A DNA stretch of 64,000 nucleotides from Thermoanaerobaculia bacterium. GTDB taxonomy: Bacteria > Acidobacteriota > Thermoanaerobaculia > Multivoradales > Multivoraceae. Shown here piece by piece: positions 30,083 to 39,601 of the stretch; position 1 is the stretch's first letter; each line of letters starts with the position of its first letter. The notes beneath the pieces are model-generated. The model ran no database searches, was not told the DNA's origin, and was given only the letters and a program-made list of their open reading frames with translations. The stretch spans positions 1,536,001 through 1,600,000 of the forward strand of contig OY762911.1 of the NCBI GenBank assembly GCA_963666565.1, written 5' to 3'. Both the position numbers and the translations under genes were made by a program.

Positions 30083-31457
30083 GTTGTCGTCCAGGGCCGC
30101 CGCGGCCGTCATCCTCGCCGCCGGGCGCGGCGAGCGGCTTCGCTCGGAACGGCCGAAGGTCCTTCACCGGGTTGGCGGCAGGCCTCTCGTCTCCTGGGTC
30201 GTCCAGGCGGCGCGCGAGGCGGGCTGCGCGCCGATCTGCGTCGTCGCCGGCAGCGGCGCGGACGAGGTGCGGGCGGCGCTCGAAGCCGAGGATCCGGCCG
30301 CGGCCGCGGGGGACGTCGTCTGGGTGGAGCAGCCGGAGCAACGCGGCGACGGCCACGCGCTGTCGATGGCTCGCGACTCGCTGCGTTCCGAGGGGATCGC
30401 TCTCGTCCTGTCCGGCGACTCGGCCCTCGTCCGGCCAACCACGCTGCGCGCCCTGCTGGACGCCGCCGGCGACGGCTGGGGCGCCCTTACGGTCGCCGAC
30501 CTGCCGGCGCCGGGCAGCCTCGGCCGCGTCGTCCGCGAGGGCGGGCGGCTCCTGCGGATCGTCGAGGCGGCGGACGCGAGCGAAGAGGAGCTCGCCTTGC
30601 GCACGGTCGACGGAGGCCACTACGCGGTGCCCGTGCCGGCGATCTTCGACTGGCTCGAGACGGCCGACGCCGGCAACGCCCAGGGCGAGGTCCGTCTGGC
30701 CGATGCCGTCTCCGCCGCCGCCCGCGAGCACCCGGTGGCGGCGGTCCCGGTCGAGGACGTCTCGGAGGCACTCGGCGTCGACTCCCGCGCCGATCTGGCC
30801 GCGGTTCAGCGGGTCTTCTACCGGCGCGGCGTGGACGCCCTGCTCGATGCCGGCGTCACCGTACTCGACCCGGAGAGCGTCTGGGTCGATGCCGGCGTGG
30901 CCGTCGGCGTCGACTCCGTGTTGCACCCCAACGTCACCCTGCTCGGCGCCTCCAGCCTGGGTCGGGGCTGCACCGTCCACTCCGGCGCCTGGATCCGCGA
31001 CAGCGCGCTCGCCGACGGCGTCGAGGTGCTGCCCTACTCCGTGCTCGACGGGGCGCGCGTCGCCTCGGGCTGCAGCATCGGCCCGTTCGCCCGGCTGCGG
31101 CCGGAGGCGGTGCTCGAGGACGGCGCCAGGGTGGGCAACTTCGTCGAGGTCAAGAAGGCGACGCTTGGCCCCGGGGTCAAGGCGTCCCATCTCGCCTACC
31201 TCGGCGACGCCTCGGTGGGCGCGGGCGCCAACATCGGCGCCGGGGTCATCACCTGCAACTACGACGGCAAGCGGAAGAACCGCACGGTGATCGGCGAGGG
31301 CGCGTTCGTCGGCAGCGACTGCATCCTCGTGGCGCCGGTCGAGGTCGGCGCCGGGGCGTACACGGGTGCGGGCTCGGTCATCACGAAGGACGTGCCCGAA
31401 GAGACGCTCGCCGTGGGCCGCGCGCGCCAGAAGAACATCGCGCGCAAGCCCCGGTAG
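30066..31457 (+). CDS. glmU: Bifunctional GlmU (N-terminal domain atypical)
   Basis: ILAAG...PKVLH N-domain; left-handed beta-helix with GPFARLRP, GNFVEVK, HLAYLGDA, CNYDG. Confidence 0.9.
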   Translation: MTRPTELSSRAAAAVILAAGRGERLRSERPKVLHRVGGRPLVSWVVQAAREAGCAPICVVAGSGADEVRAALEAEDPAAAAGDVVWVEQPEQRGDGHALSMARDSLRSEGIALVLSGDSALVRPTTLRALLDAAGDGWGALTVADLPAPGSLGRVVREGGRLLRIVEAADASEEELALRTVDGGHYAVPVPAIFDWLETADAGNAQGEVRLADAVSAAAREHPVAAVPVEDVSEALGVDSRADLAAVQRVFYRRGVDALLDAGVTVLDPESVWVDAGVAVGVDSVLHPNVTLLGASSLGRGCTVHSGAWIRDSALADGVEVLPYSVLDGARVASGCSIGPFARLRPEAVLEDGARVGNFVEVKKATLGPGVKASHLAYLGDASVGAGANIGAGVITCNYDGKRKNRTVIGEGAFVGSDCILVAPVEVGAGAYTGAGSVITKDVPEETLAVGRARQKNIARKPR

Positions 31458-31470
31458 CCCGGAGTCCTTC

Positions 31471-34005
31471 GTGCCTCGGTCTTCCGGCCCAGCCCGTCCT
31501 GGCCGGGAGTCCGCTCCGCAAGCTGCCGGCCGCGCGGACTACCGTTCCCGGCTGAACCCGGAGCAACTCGCGGCGGTCACCCACGACGGCGGCCCGCTGC
31601 TCGTCGTCGCCGGCGCCGGATCGGGCAAGACGCGGGTCATCACCTACCGGATCGCCTGGCTGATCGCCGAGCGAGGGATCGAGCCGTGGCGGATCGCGGC
31701 CGTCACCTTCACGAACAAGGCCGCCGACGAGATGCGCGGGCGGGCGCTCGACCTGGTCGGCGGCAACGCCAGCGTCTTCGTCGGCACCTTCCACCGGTTC
31801 TGCGTGCGCCTGCTGCGCCGCTTCGGCGATCGGGCGGGTCTGCGGCCGGACTTCGCCATCGTCGACGCGCCGGACCAGTTGCGGCTGATCAAGGAGTCGC
31901 TCAAGGCCGAGGACCTCGACGACCAGACCTTCCAGCCGCGCGCGGTCCAGGGGCGGATCAGCGCGGCGAAGAACCGCCTGCTCACGCCGGCCGCCTTCGA
32001 GGAGCGGGCCGAGGACTTCTTCGACCGTCACGTCGCGGCCGTGTTCCGCCGGTACCAGGCCGAACTGCGGCGCACCGGCGGCGTCGACTTCGACGACCTG
32101 ATCGCGCTCGCCGTGCGCCTGCTGCGCGACGACGAGGAGGTCGGCGCGCGGGTCAGGGGCCGCTTTCGCCACCTCCTGGTCGACGAGTTCCAGGACACGA
32201 ACGCGGCCCAGCTCGAACTCGTGAAGAACCTGGCGCTCCACCCGGACGGTTCCGTCTCCGGCCTGACCGCGGTCGGCGACGAGGACCAGAGCATCTACGG
32301 CTGGCGCGGCGCCGAACTGGACAACCTGCTCCGGTTCGAGAAGCACTTCCCGGGCGCCGCCGTGCGCAAGCTGGAGCGGAACTACCGCTCGACCCAGAAC
32401 ATCCTCGACGCGTCCGGCGCCGTCATCGCCCGCAACGAGGAACGGCGGGGCAAGACCCTGTGGACCGACAGGGGCGCCGGCGAGCCGCTGCGGCTCTACC
32501 TGGCCGGCGACCAGGAGGACGAGGCGCGCTGGGTCGCGGGGCAGTTGGCGGAGCTCCGGGCGGACGGGACCGAGTTCGGGGAGATGGCCGTGCTGGTGCG
32601 AACGAACGCGCAAACCCGGGCCATCGAGGACCAGTTGCTGCGCGGCGAGATCCCGTACTGCCTGGTTGCCGGCGTCCGGTTCTACGAGCGCGCCGAGGTC
32701 AAGGACCTGATCGCCTACCTTCGGGTCGTCGCCAACCCGCAGGACAACCTGTCGCTGCGCCGGATCCTGAACCGGCCGCGGCGGGGCATCGGCCGCAGGA
32801 CCGAGCAGGTCGTGCTGGAGCGTGCGGCGGAGATGGGCAATTCCGTGTGGGACGCGATCCGACTCGACCCGTTGCAGGAACTGCCGGCGCGCAGCCTGCG
32901 GGCCGTGCGCAACTTCCGGGGCCTGATCGAGGCGCTGCGCCGGGAGGCGGAGCGCCAGCCTCTGACGGAGTTCGTGCGGGGGACCATCGTGGCGGCGGGT
33001 TTCGAGGCGCTCTACGGCGCCGGCGACGAGGAGGCGCGGGAGCGGCTCGACAACCTGAACGAGCTCGTGTCGGCGGCCCACGATTTCGAGATGCTGCACG
33101 GCCTGTTCGGCGAGCCGGCGAGGATCGCTCCGGCCGCGGACGCCGGCGCGGGAGCGGGAGCGGACGGAGCAGCGGATGGCGGCGCCGGCCGGGCACCGGC
33201 TGCCGGCGTGGCGGGGCTGTTCGACGAGGAGGCCGCGCCGGTGGTCAGTCCCCTCGTGAACTTCCTGGACTACGTGACCCTGGTGAGCGACGCGGACGGC
33301 CTGAACGCGGAACTGGGCGTGGCCCTGATGACCCTGCACAGCGCCAAGGGGCTCGAGTATCCGGCCGTCTTCGTCACCGGCCTGGAGGACGGCCTGCTGC
33401 CGCACTTCCACTCGGGCTTCGCGGCGCGGGACATCGAGGAGGAGCGGCGTCTGCTCTACGTCGGCATGACCCGGGCCGAGCGGCGGCTCTTCCTCAGTTG
33501 CTGCCACCGCAGGATGATTGCCGGCCAGTACCAGGACCAGCAGCCGTCGCCGTTTCTGATCGACGTGCCGGAGGAACTGGTCGAGACCGTCCGCAGCGAG
33601 GGACTCTACGGCGGCGCGCGCACGGCGGCGGTCCGGAGCTTCTTCGGCGGCGGAAGCGGCGCGGGCTATGGCGGCGGAAGCGGCGTGGGCTACGGTACCG
33701 GCGTCGGCGCGGGCTACGGCGTCGGCCGCGACCCGGGTTACGGCGCCGGCGGTGGCGCCGGTCGCGGTGCCGGCGGCGGGTCGTTTCGGCCGGCGCCGGC
33801 CGCGGGCGCTCGGCCGGCCCGCAGGCCCCGGAGCGAGTCCGCCGGCGTCCTGCGGCCCGGGTCGCACGTGCGCCACGCCACCCTGGGCAAGGGCGTCGTC
33901 CTGCAGCTCGACGGCGACGGCGAAGACGCGAAGCTGACCGTCTTCTTCGACAAGGCCGGGAAGCGGAAGCTGATTCGCCGCTACGCCCCGCTCGAAGTTC
34001 TGTAG
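31471..34005 (+). CDS. pcrA: UvrD/PcrA SF1 DNA helicase
   Basis: Motifs AGAGSGKT, VDEFQD, VGDEDQSIY, NYRS, TLHSAKGLE, EEERRLLYVGMTRA; C-terminal Tudor-like VRHATLGKG. Confidence 0.93.
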   Translation: MPRSSGPARPGRESAPQAAGRADYRSRLNPEQLAAVTHDGGPLLVVAGAGSGKTRVITYRIAWLIAERGIEPWRIAAVTFTNKAADEMRGRALDLVGGNASVFVGTFHRFCVRLLRRFGDRAGLRPDFAIVDAPDQLRLIKESLKAEDLDDQTFQPRAVQGRISAAKNRLLTPAAFEERAEDFFDRHVAAVFRRYQAELRRTGGVDFDDLIALAVRLLRDDEEVGARVRGRFRHLLVDEFQDTNAAQLELVKNLALHPDGSVSGLTAVGDEDQSIYGWRGAELDNLLRFEKHFPGAAVRKLERNYRSTQNILDASGAVIARNEERRGKTLWTDRGAGEPLRLYLAGDQEDEARWVAGQLAELRADGTEFGEMAVLVRTNAQTRAIEDQLLRGEIPYCLVAGVRFYERAEVKDLIAYLRVVANPQDNLSLRRILNRPRRGIGRRTEQVVLERAAEMGNSVWDAIRLDPLQELPARSLRAVRNFRGLIEALRREAERQPLTEFVRGTIVAAGFEALYGAGDEEARERLDNLNELVSAAHDFEMLHGLFGEPARIAPAADAGAGAGADGAADGGAGRAPAAGVAGLFDEEAAPVVSPLVNFLDYVTLVSDADGLNAELGVALMTLHSAKGLEYPAVFVTGLEDGLLPHFHSGFAARDIEEERRLLYVGMTRAERRLFLSCCHRRMIAGQYQDQQPSPFLIDVPEELVETVRSEGLYGGARTAAVRSFFGGGSGAGYGGGSGVGYGTGVGAGYGVGRDPGYGAGGGAGRGAGGGSFRPAPAAGARPARRPRSESAGVLRPGSHVRHATLGKGVVLQLDGDGEDAKLTVFFDKAGKRKLIRRYAPLEVL

Positions 34006-34017
34006 CCCGCGCCGCTC

Positions 34018-34094
34018 TGGTGCGCCCGAAGGGATTCGAACCCCTGACCTACGGCTCCGGAGGCCGTCGCTCTATCCAGCTGAGCTACGGGCGC
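34018..34094 (-). tRNA. tRNA-Arg(CCG)
   Basis: GCGCCCG acceptor stem, anticodon arm ACGGC-CT-CCG-GA-GCCGT, GTTCGAATC, CCA encoded. Confidence 0.95.
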
Positions 34095-34121
34095 GCGAAC
34101 GGGACGGTTTCGGACTCGAGA

Positions 34122-34198
34122 TGGGGTGGATGAGGGGACTTGAACCCCCAACCACTTGAACCACAATCAAGCGCTCTACCGGTTGAGCTACATCCACC
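34122..34198 (-). tRNA. tRNA-His(GTG)
   Basis: G-1 present, anticodon arm CTTGA-TT-GTG-GT-TCAAG, ends CCCA. Confidence 0.95.
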
Positions 34199-34228
34199 AG
34201 ACATCTTCGAACCGAACTCTCAACGATC

Positions 34229-34305
34229 TGGCCTGCCTGGAGGGACTCGAACCCCCGACCCGCGGCTTAGAAGGCCGCCGCTCTATCCAGCTGAGCTACA
34301 GGCAG
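34229..34305 (-). tRNA. tRNA-Arg(TCT)
   Basis: Anticodon arm GCGGC-CT-TCT-AA-GCCGC, CCA encoded. Confidence 0.95.
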
Positions 34306-34348
34306 GCGAAAGCGACAGAGTAGCCGAGGCCTGGGCGAGCGAGCGATA

Positions 34349-34422
34349 TCGGGGCGCCCAGATTTGAACTGGGGACCCCCTGCGCCCAAGGCAGGTGCGC
34401 TACCAGACTGCGCCACGCCCCG
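34349..34422 (-). tRNA. tRNA-Pro(TGG), CCA not encoded
   Basis: CGGGGCG acceptor stem, anticodon arm CCTGC-CT-TGG-GC-GCAGG, GTTCAAATC. Confidence 0.93.
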
Positions 34423-34475
34423 ACAGGCAAGGGGCGGGATGATAGCACCGCGTTGCCCTGCGGCTGGCGCCTCAC

Positions 34476-35558
34476 CTAGCCGTCGAGCTTGGCCAGGCAC
34501 GCCTCCACGACCCGGCCAGCGTCGAGCCGCTCCATGCAGGCGAAGTCGCCGCGGCTGCACGTGCGTCGCCAGCACGGTTGGCAGTCCAGGCGTCGGTCGA
34601 GTTCTACCGCGGCCGACCGCGGACCGTACGGGCCGTTGCGCGCGGGATCGGTCGGCCCGAACACGGAGACGCACGGCACGTTCAGCGCCGCCGCCAGGTG
34701 CGCTGGACCGGAGTCGCAACCCAGGAACAGGGACGCGTGCCGCACCAGCGTCGCCAGTTCGCGCAGGTCGGTCGGCGGCGCGAGCAGGGCGCGACAGGCC
34801 TCCCCGGCGGCGGTCACGATCTCCTGGGCCGCCCGCCGTTCCGCGTCGCCCGCCCAGACGACTACCGCCGGCAGGCCGCGCTCGCGACCGAGGCGCCGGA
34901 CAGCTTCCGCGAAGCGTCGCGGGGGCCAGAGCTTCGTCCGCCAGATCGTTCCGGGCGACACTACCGCGTAGCCCCCGGTGCTCAGGCCGCGGCGCTCGAG
35001 GAACGCGAGCGGCGCGGGTTCGGCGTACTCCGGCAGCCGCCACTCCGCTTCCGGGTGCTCGTCGACGGTCAGTCCCGAGGCACCCAGCAGCGCCAGGTTG
35101 CGGTCGACGACGTGGCTCACGGCCAGGTCGACGGCGAGGCGCCGGTTGAGGAACAGCGCGTTCAACTCGCGGCTGCCCATCGAGGGACCGCGGCGAAAAC
35201 CGATCCGCTGCCGGGCGCCGCTCCACCAGGCGACGAGGCCGCTTTTGGTGAGGCCCTGGACGTCGAGCGCGGCGTCGTACCGGCAGCTTCTGAGTTCTCG
35301 GCGAAAGCGCCTGAACGCGGCGAGACGCGCGCCGACGCCACGGGCGCGGCGCGGATACAGGTGGAAGCGGTCGACGCCGGCGCACCCGCGCAGCAAGGTC
35401 GCGGCCGGCTCCTGGATGGCCCAGCCGATGAACGCCTCCGGGTGGGCGCGGCGGATCGCGGATGCCACGGGGGCTGCGTGGAGGCAGTCGCCGATCGCGG
35501 AAAGGCGCACCAGCAGGATGCGGAGCGGTCGGCCCGACTCTTGCTCGCTGGTCGCCAT
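34476..35558 (-). CDS. GT9 LPS heptosyltransferase (WaaC/WaaF family)
   Basis: Motifs ILLVRLSAIGD, DVQGLTKS, K.WP, GCDSGPAHLAAA, FGPTDP. Confidence 0.9.
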   Translation of the reverse strand: MATSEQESGRPLRILLVRLSAIGDCLHAAPVASAIRRAHPEAFIGWAIQEPAATLLRGCAGVDRFHLYPRRARGVGARLAAFRRFRRELRSCRYDAALDVQGLTKSGLVAWWSGARQRIGFRRGPSMGSRELNALFLNRRLAVDLAVSHVVDRNLALLGASGLTVDEHPEAEWRLPEYAEPAPLAFLERRGLSTGGYAVVSPGTIWRTKLWPPRRFAEAVRRLGRERGLPAVVVWAGDAERRAAQEIVTAAGEACRALLAPPTDLRELATLVRHASLFLGCDSGPAHLAAALNVPCVSVFGPTDPARNGPYGPRSAAVELDRRLDCQPCWRRTCSRGDFACMERLDAGRVVEACLAKLDG

Positions 35559-35652
35559 GCCGTCAGAGCATAAGGGCCGGCTGCCGCCGAAGGCGGGCGG
35601 GAAGCCTGCCGGCCGAGGCCGGCGCCGCGTTGCGCCTTGACATACTCCCACC

Positions 35653-35907
35653 GTGCCCCCCGCCCCCGACGACGCCTCGACGCCCATCCGGCCCCCGGCC
35701 TTCGACCGGACCGCCGTCCGGCTCCTGGCGGCGGCCGTCGTCGCCGGCGCGCTGACTATCCCGATCGTCATGCTCTGGCGGGAGTTCAGTTGGCTGATGG
35801 CGCTGTCGAGCGCCGCCGGCGTCGCCGTCCTCATCTTCTTCAGCGGCCGGGCCGTCCGGGTCCTGCGCTTCGAGTACCTCCGTCCGCCGTTCGAGCGCGA
35901 GGACTAG
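35653..35907 (+). CDS. Small two-TM membrane protein
   Basis: Two hydrophobic segments; directly upstream of the NUDIX gene. Confidence 0.6.
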   Translation: MPPAPDDASTPIRPPAFDRTAVRLLAAAVVAGALTIPIVMLWREFSWLMALSSAAGVAVLIFFSGRAVRVLRFEYLRPPFERED

Positions 35908-35922
35908 GGCCCCGAACCCAGG

Positions 35923-36507
35923 ATGAAGGTCCGTCCCTGGCAGGTCGACTCCGCGCGCACGGAGTTCGACCATCCGTTGCTCCGGCTCGAATCCCAGGAC
36001 CTGCGCGCCGGCGCCGACCGGCGCCAGGCCGTCGTCCTGCGGTCGGCGGACTGGGTCAACGTCATCCCGCTGATCGAGCCGGAGCCGGAACCGGAATCGG
36101 CGGAGAGGCCGGACGGCAAGGGCGCGACGGTCGTGTTCATCCGCCAGTGGCGCTTCGGCCGCGCCGCCGAGTCCCTGGAGATCCCCGGCGGCATCGTCGA
36201 ACCGGGCGAGGAAGCGGGAGTCGCCGCGGGGCGGGAGCTCCACGAGGAGACCGGGTTCCGGGCGGGAAGGGTCGAACGGCTCGGCGAGGTCGAGCCCAAC
36301 CCCGCCATCCTGGACAACGTCTGCTCGCTCTGGCTGGCCCGCGATCTGGTCCTCACCGGCGATCCGATCGGGGACGGGAGCGAAGAGCTCGAAGTTGTCC
36401 ACGTGCCGTTGCGGGAGGTCCCGGAACTCATCGCCAGCGGCGAGATCGCCCACTCGCTCGTCGTCGCCGCGTTCTACTTCTTCGCCCGCCGGTACGGGTT
36501 CTCTTGA
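35923..36507 (+). CDS. NUDIX hydrolase (ADP-ribose pyrophosphatase-like)
   Basis: Nudix box GGIVEPGEEAGVAAGRELHEETG. Confidence 0.92.
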   Translation: MKVRPWQVDSARTEFDHPLLRLESQDLRAGADRRQAVVLRSADWVNVIPLIEPEPEPESAERPDGKGATVVFIRQWRFGRAAESLEIPGGIVEPGEEAGVAAGRELHEETGFRAGRVERLGEVEPNPAILDNVCSLWLARDLVLTGDPIGDGSEELEVVHVPLREVPELIASGEIAHSLVVAAFYFFARRYGFS

Positions 36508-37235
36508 GCGGGCGCCGTCGACCGCGTCCGGTCGCCGCGCTTCGCGGCGGTCAACCGTCGCTCCGGGGCGTTTCACTCGACGCGACCGGAACGCTCATCG
36601 CCTGCCCGCGGCGCGGCGAGATCTACGCGGAAGTGCTCGCGCGCCACGGTCTCGAACTCGCGGTTGCCGACATCGAGCGCGGCTTCCTGACCGCCTGGAA
36701 GGAGTTCGAGTGCCGGTTCGCCCGCGGCGAGGACCGGTACAACAGCCATCCGGAAGGCGCGCGCGGCTTCTGGGGCGAACTCCTCGACCGGATGTGCCTG
36801 CTGCTCGAATGCGAGGCGCCCGGGCCGTTCGCCGCGGCGGAACTGTTCGCCCGCTTCGAGCGCGCCGACGCCTGGGAGCTCCGGCCCGGCTGCCGGGAGG
36901 TGCTCTCGGAGTTGCGTCGCCGGGGTCTGCGCGTCGCCGTGACCAGCAACTGGGACCGGCGCCTGCCGCGCGTGCTGGCCAACCTCGGGCTCGGCGACGA
37001 CCTCGACGCCGTGGTCTGTTCCGAGGAAGTGGGATCTGCCAAGCCCGCCAAGCCGATCTTCCTGGCCGCCTGCCGGGAACTGGAACTGGCACCGGCCGCC
37101 GTTCTCCACGTCGGCGACGCCAAGATCGAGGACCGTGAAGGGGCGCTGGCCGCCGGCCTCAAGGCGCTATGGCTGAATCCGGCGGACGGCGACATCGGTT
37201 CGCTGGCGGAGGTTCTCGACTACGTGCCCCGCTAG
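36504..37235 (+). CDS. HAD-IA hydrolase
   Basis: Motifs DATGTL, TSNWD, EVGSAKP, HVGD...D.EGA. TTG start overlaps the NUDIX stop. Confidence 0.85.
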   Translation: MSGRRRPRPVAALRGGQPSLRGVSLDATGTLIACPRRGEIYAEVLARHGLELAVADIERGFLTAWKEFECRFARGEDRYNSHPEGARGFWGELLDRMCLLLECEAPGPFAAAELFARFERADAWELRPGCREVLSELRRRGLRVAVTSNWDRRLPRVLANLGLGDDLDAVVCSEEVGSAKPAKPIFLAACRELELAPAAVLHVGDAKIEDREGALAAGLKALWLNPADGDIGSLAEVLDYVPR

Positions 37236-37274
37236 GGCCCGGAGGGGCGTCGTGGCCGTGGAGCGAGGCGCCTC

Positions 37275-38717
37275 TCACGATGCCCCGCGCCGGCTCAGCA
37301 CCGCCGGGATCGTCTTCAGCAGAATCACGAAGTCCAGCCGCGGCGACCAGGTATCGATGTACTCCAGGTCAAGTTCCATCCAGCGGTCGAAGTCGAGATC
37401 GTTGCGTCCGCTGATCTGCCACAGGCAGGTGATGCCCGGCTTCATCGACAGCCGCCGCCGCTGCCGCGGCGTGTAGGGCTCCTTCTCTTCGAGCGGCCTC
37501 GGACCGACCAGGCTCATCTCGCCCCGCACCACGTTCCAGAACTGCGGCAGCTCGTCCAGGCTGAACTTGCGCAGGTAGTGCCCGAGCGGCGTGATCCTCG
37601 GATCGCTTCGCACCTTGAACGCCGGGCCGCCCATCGTGTTCAGGTGTTCCAGTTCGCGCCTCCTCTGATCGGCGTCGGCGACCATCGTGCGGAGCTTGTA
37701 CATCGTGAAGCGGCGGCCGTTGAGGCCGCACCGGGTCTGCCGGTAGAGCACGGAGCCGGACGAGGTCGCCTTGATCAGGAGCGCCAGCACGAGCATGACG
37801 GGCAGGCTGACGACCAGCAGGGCGGCGCCGAGGCCGAAGTCGTAAGCGCGCTTGAACAGCAGGAGCAGGACGTTCGAGGGCGCCGGCGACAGGGTGACCA
37901 CCGGCCGCCCGTCCAGGTACTCCAGGTCGACCTTGCTGTGCGCCGGCGGCAGCAGGTCGAGCGCGATGCGGGTCCGGATGCCCTGTTCCTGGAGTCCGTC
38001 GATGACGTCCTTGAGCGCCGGCAACTCGCGCGGCGTGACGGTGAAGAACACGTCGTCCACCACGTGCTCCGAGACGATGCGCGACACGTCGTCCATGCCG
38101 CCGAGCACGGGGCTGGGCCCGTTCGTCCCCGCGGGGCTGTCGCCGGTGTGGACCAGGCCGATGATCCGGAGGCCCCAGTGCGGGTGATCCTCGATCGACT
38201 CGGCGAGTTGCGCCGCGGCTTCCGGCGCGCCGGCGATGAGCACCGTGCGCTGGTTCAGGCCATGCCGCCGCAGGTCGCGGGAGAGCAGGCGCAGGGCGAT
38301 CTTCTCCGCCAGCAGCAGGAGGAAGGCGAGGCTGGAGAAGAGCAGCAGCCAGGTCCGGCTGAACCGGTCGTCCAGCAGCATCAGGTCGAGCCGGACGACG
38401 AAGACCGCGATCAGGAGCAGGGCGGTGGCGGCGATCGCCGTCTTGAGAATCGCGCTCGCCTCGGTCTTCAGGTCGGCCGTCCGGTGCGAGCGGTAGCGCC
38501 GGGTGACGAGGAGGGGCAGCGCCCAGGCCAGGAGGGCCACGGGCAGCAACGGCAGATGGTCGATCAGCGGATAGAGCGGCTGCTCGTACAGACCCGGCAG
38601 CAGCCAGGGGAAGACGGCGCTGCGGATCCCGTAGGCGAGGAAGAACGCGGCCGCGACCAGGCACAGGTCGAGGGTGAGGAACAGGGCCGTCTGCAGGCGA
38701 ACGTGCTGCTTCAGCAT
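37275..38717 (-). CDS. Polyprenyl-phosphate sugar phosphotransferase (WcaJ/WbaP-like)
   Basis: N-terminal TM helices; KRAYD, DPRIT, SLDELPQFWNV.RGEMSLVGPRP, KPGIT.LWQ. Confidence 0.93.
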   Translation of the reverse strand: MLKQHVRLQTALFLTLDLCLVAAAFFLAYGIRSAVFPWLLPGLYEQPLYPLIDHLPLLPVALLAWALPLLVTRRYRSHRTADLKTEASAILKTAIAATALLLIAVFVVRLDLMLLDDRFSRTWLLLFSSLAFLLLLAEKIALRLLSRDLRRHGLNQRTVLIAGAPEAAAQLAESIEDHPHWGLRIIGLVHTGDSPAGTNGPSPVLGGMDDVSRIVSEHVVDDVFFTVTPRELPALKDVIDGLQEQGIRTRIALDLLPPAHSKVDLEYLDGRPVVTLSPAPSNVLLLLFKRAYDFGLGAALLVVSLPVMLVLALLIKATSSGSVLYRQTRCGLNGRRFTMYKLRTMVADADQRRRELEHLNTMGGPAFKVRSDPRITPLGHYLRKFSLDELPQFWNVVRGEMSLVGPRPLEEKEPYTPRQRRRLSMKPGITCLWQISGRNDLDFDRWMELDLEYIDTWSPRLDFVILLKTIPAVLSRRGAS

Positions 38718-38778
38718 GACTTGCGCGGGGCGTCCGAGTGCCGGCCGCAGTTTACATCCGGCCGGCCGCTTCGACTGC

Positions 38779-39522
38779 TCAGCCGACGACGGGCAGGGTG
38801 GCCTTGCCGCCCTTGCCGCCTCTGCCGGGACGCCGGCGACGGTAGTTGTCGTCCTCGTAGGCGAGGCAGCACAGCAGCCGGCCGCACTGGCCGGAGATCT
38901 TCGACGGGTTCAGGCTCAGCCCCTGGCGCTTCGCCATCTGGATCGAGATCGGCCGGAAACCCTCCAGCCAGGTCGAGCAGCAGAGCGTCCGGCCGCAGAT
39001 GCCGACGCCGCCCAGCAGCCGCGCCTCGTCGCGCGGGCCCACATGCACGAGCCGCACCCGGGTCTTGAAGCGGGACTTCAGGTCGCGCAGCAACTGGCGG
39101 AAGTCGACCCGGCGCTCGGCCGTGAAGTAGAAGGTCGCCTTGCGGCCGTCCAGACTGAAGTCGACCCGCGACACCTTCATCTCCAGGCGAAGCGCGCGCG
39201 CCCGCTCCCGGCAGAACGCCTTGCCGCGCACTTCGTTCGCCAGTTGCTTCTCGCGTGCCGCGCGGTCGGCGTCGTCGGCCCGGCGGATGACGGACCGCGC
39301 GCTCGACTTCTGGCACGGCTTGAACACCGGCATGGGCGACTTCTCGACCCGCCCGAAGGCGGGGCCCGGCTTCATCGACACGATGACCTCGTCGCCGCGG
39401 GCGATCCGTTCGCCGCCGGTGCTGCAGAGCGTCAGGTTCGTCTCCTCGCCGAACCGGACGCCGACGAACGTGTCCTCCGTGGCGGTCGACTGACCGGCGA
39501 AGCTGCAGCCGCCGCAACTCAT
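38779..39522 (-). CDS. PSP1-domain / RicT-like Fe-S regulatory protein
   Basis: Motifs FYFTAERRVDFRQL, RDEARLLGG.G.CGR.LCC, KISGQCGRLLCCLAYE. Confidence 0.88.
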   Translation of the reverse strand: MSCGGCSFAGQSTATEDTFVGVRFGEETNLTLCSTGGERIARGDEVIVSMKPGPAFGRVEKSPMPVFKPCQKSSARSVIRRADDADRAAREKQLANEVRGKAFCRERARALRLEMKVSRVDFSLDGRKATFYFTAERRVDFRQLLRDLKSRFKTRVRLVHVGPRDEARLLGGVGICGRTLCCSTWLEGFRPISIQMAKRQGLSLNPSKISGQCGRLLCCLAYEDDNYRRRRPGRGGKGGKATLPVVG

Positions 39523-39601
39523 GGCGGAGGCTCCGCCCCGGCGGCCTCGCGTCTCGTTGCAGCCGACGACGCGGCGGCCTGCCGGCCGAAGCCGCCGCGA
39601 T

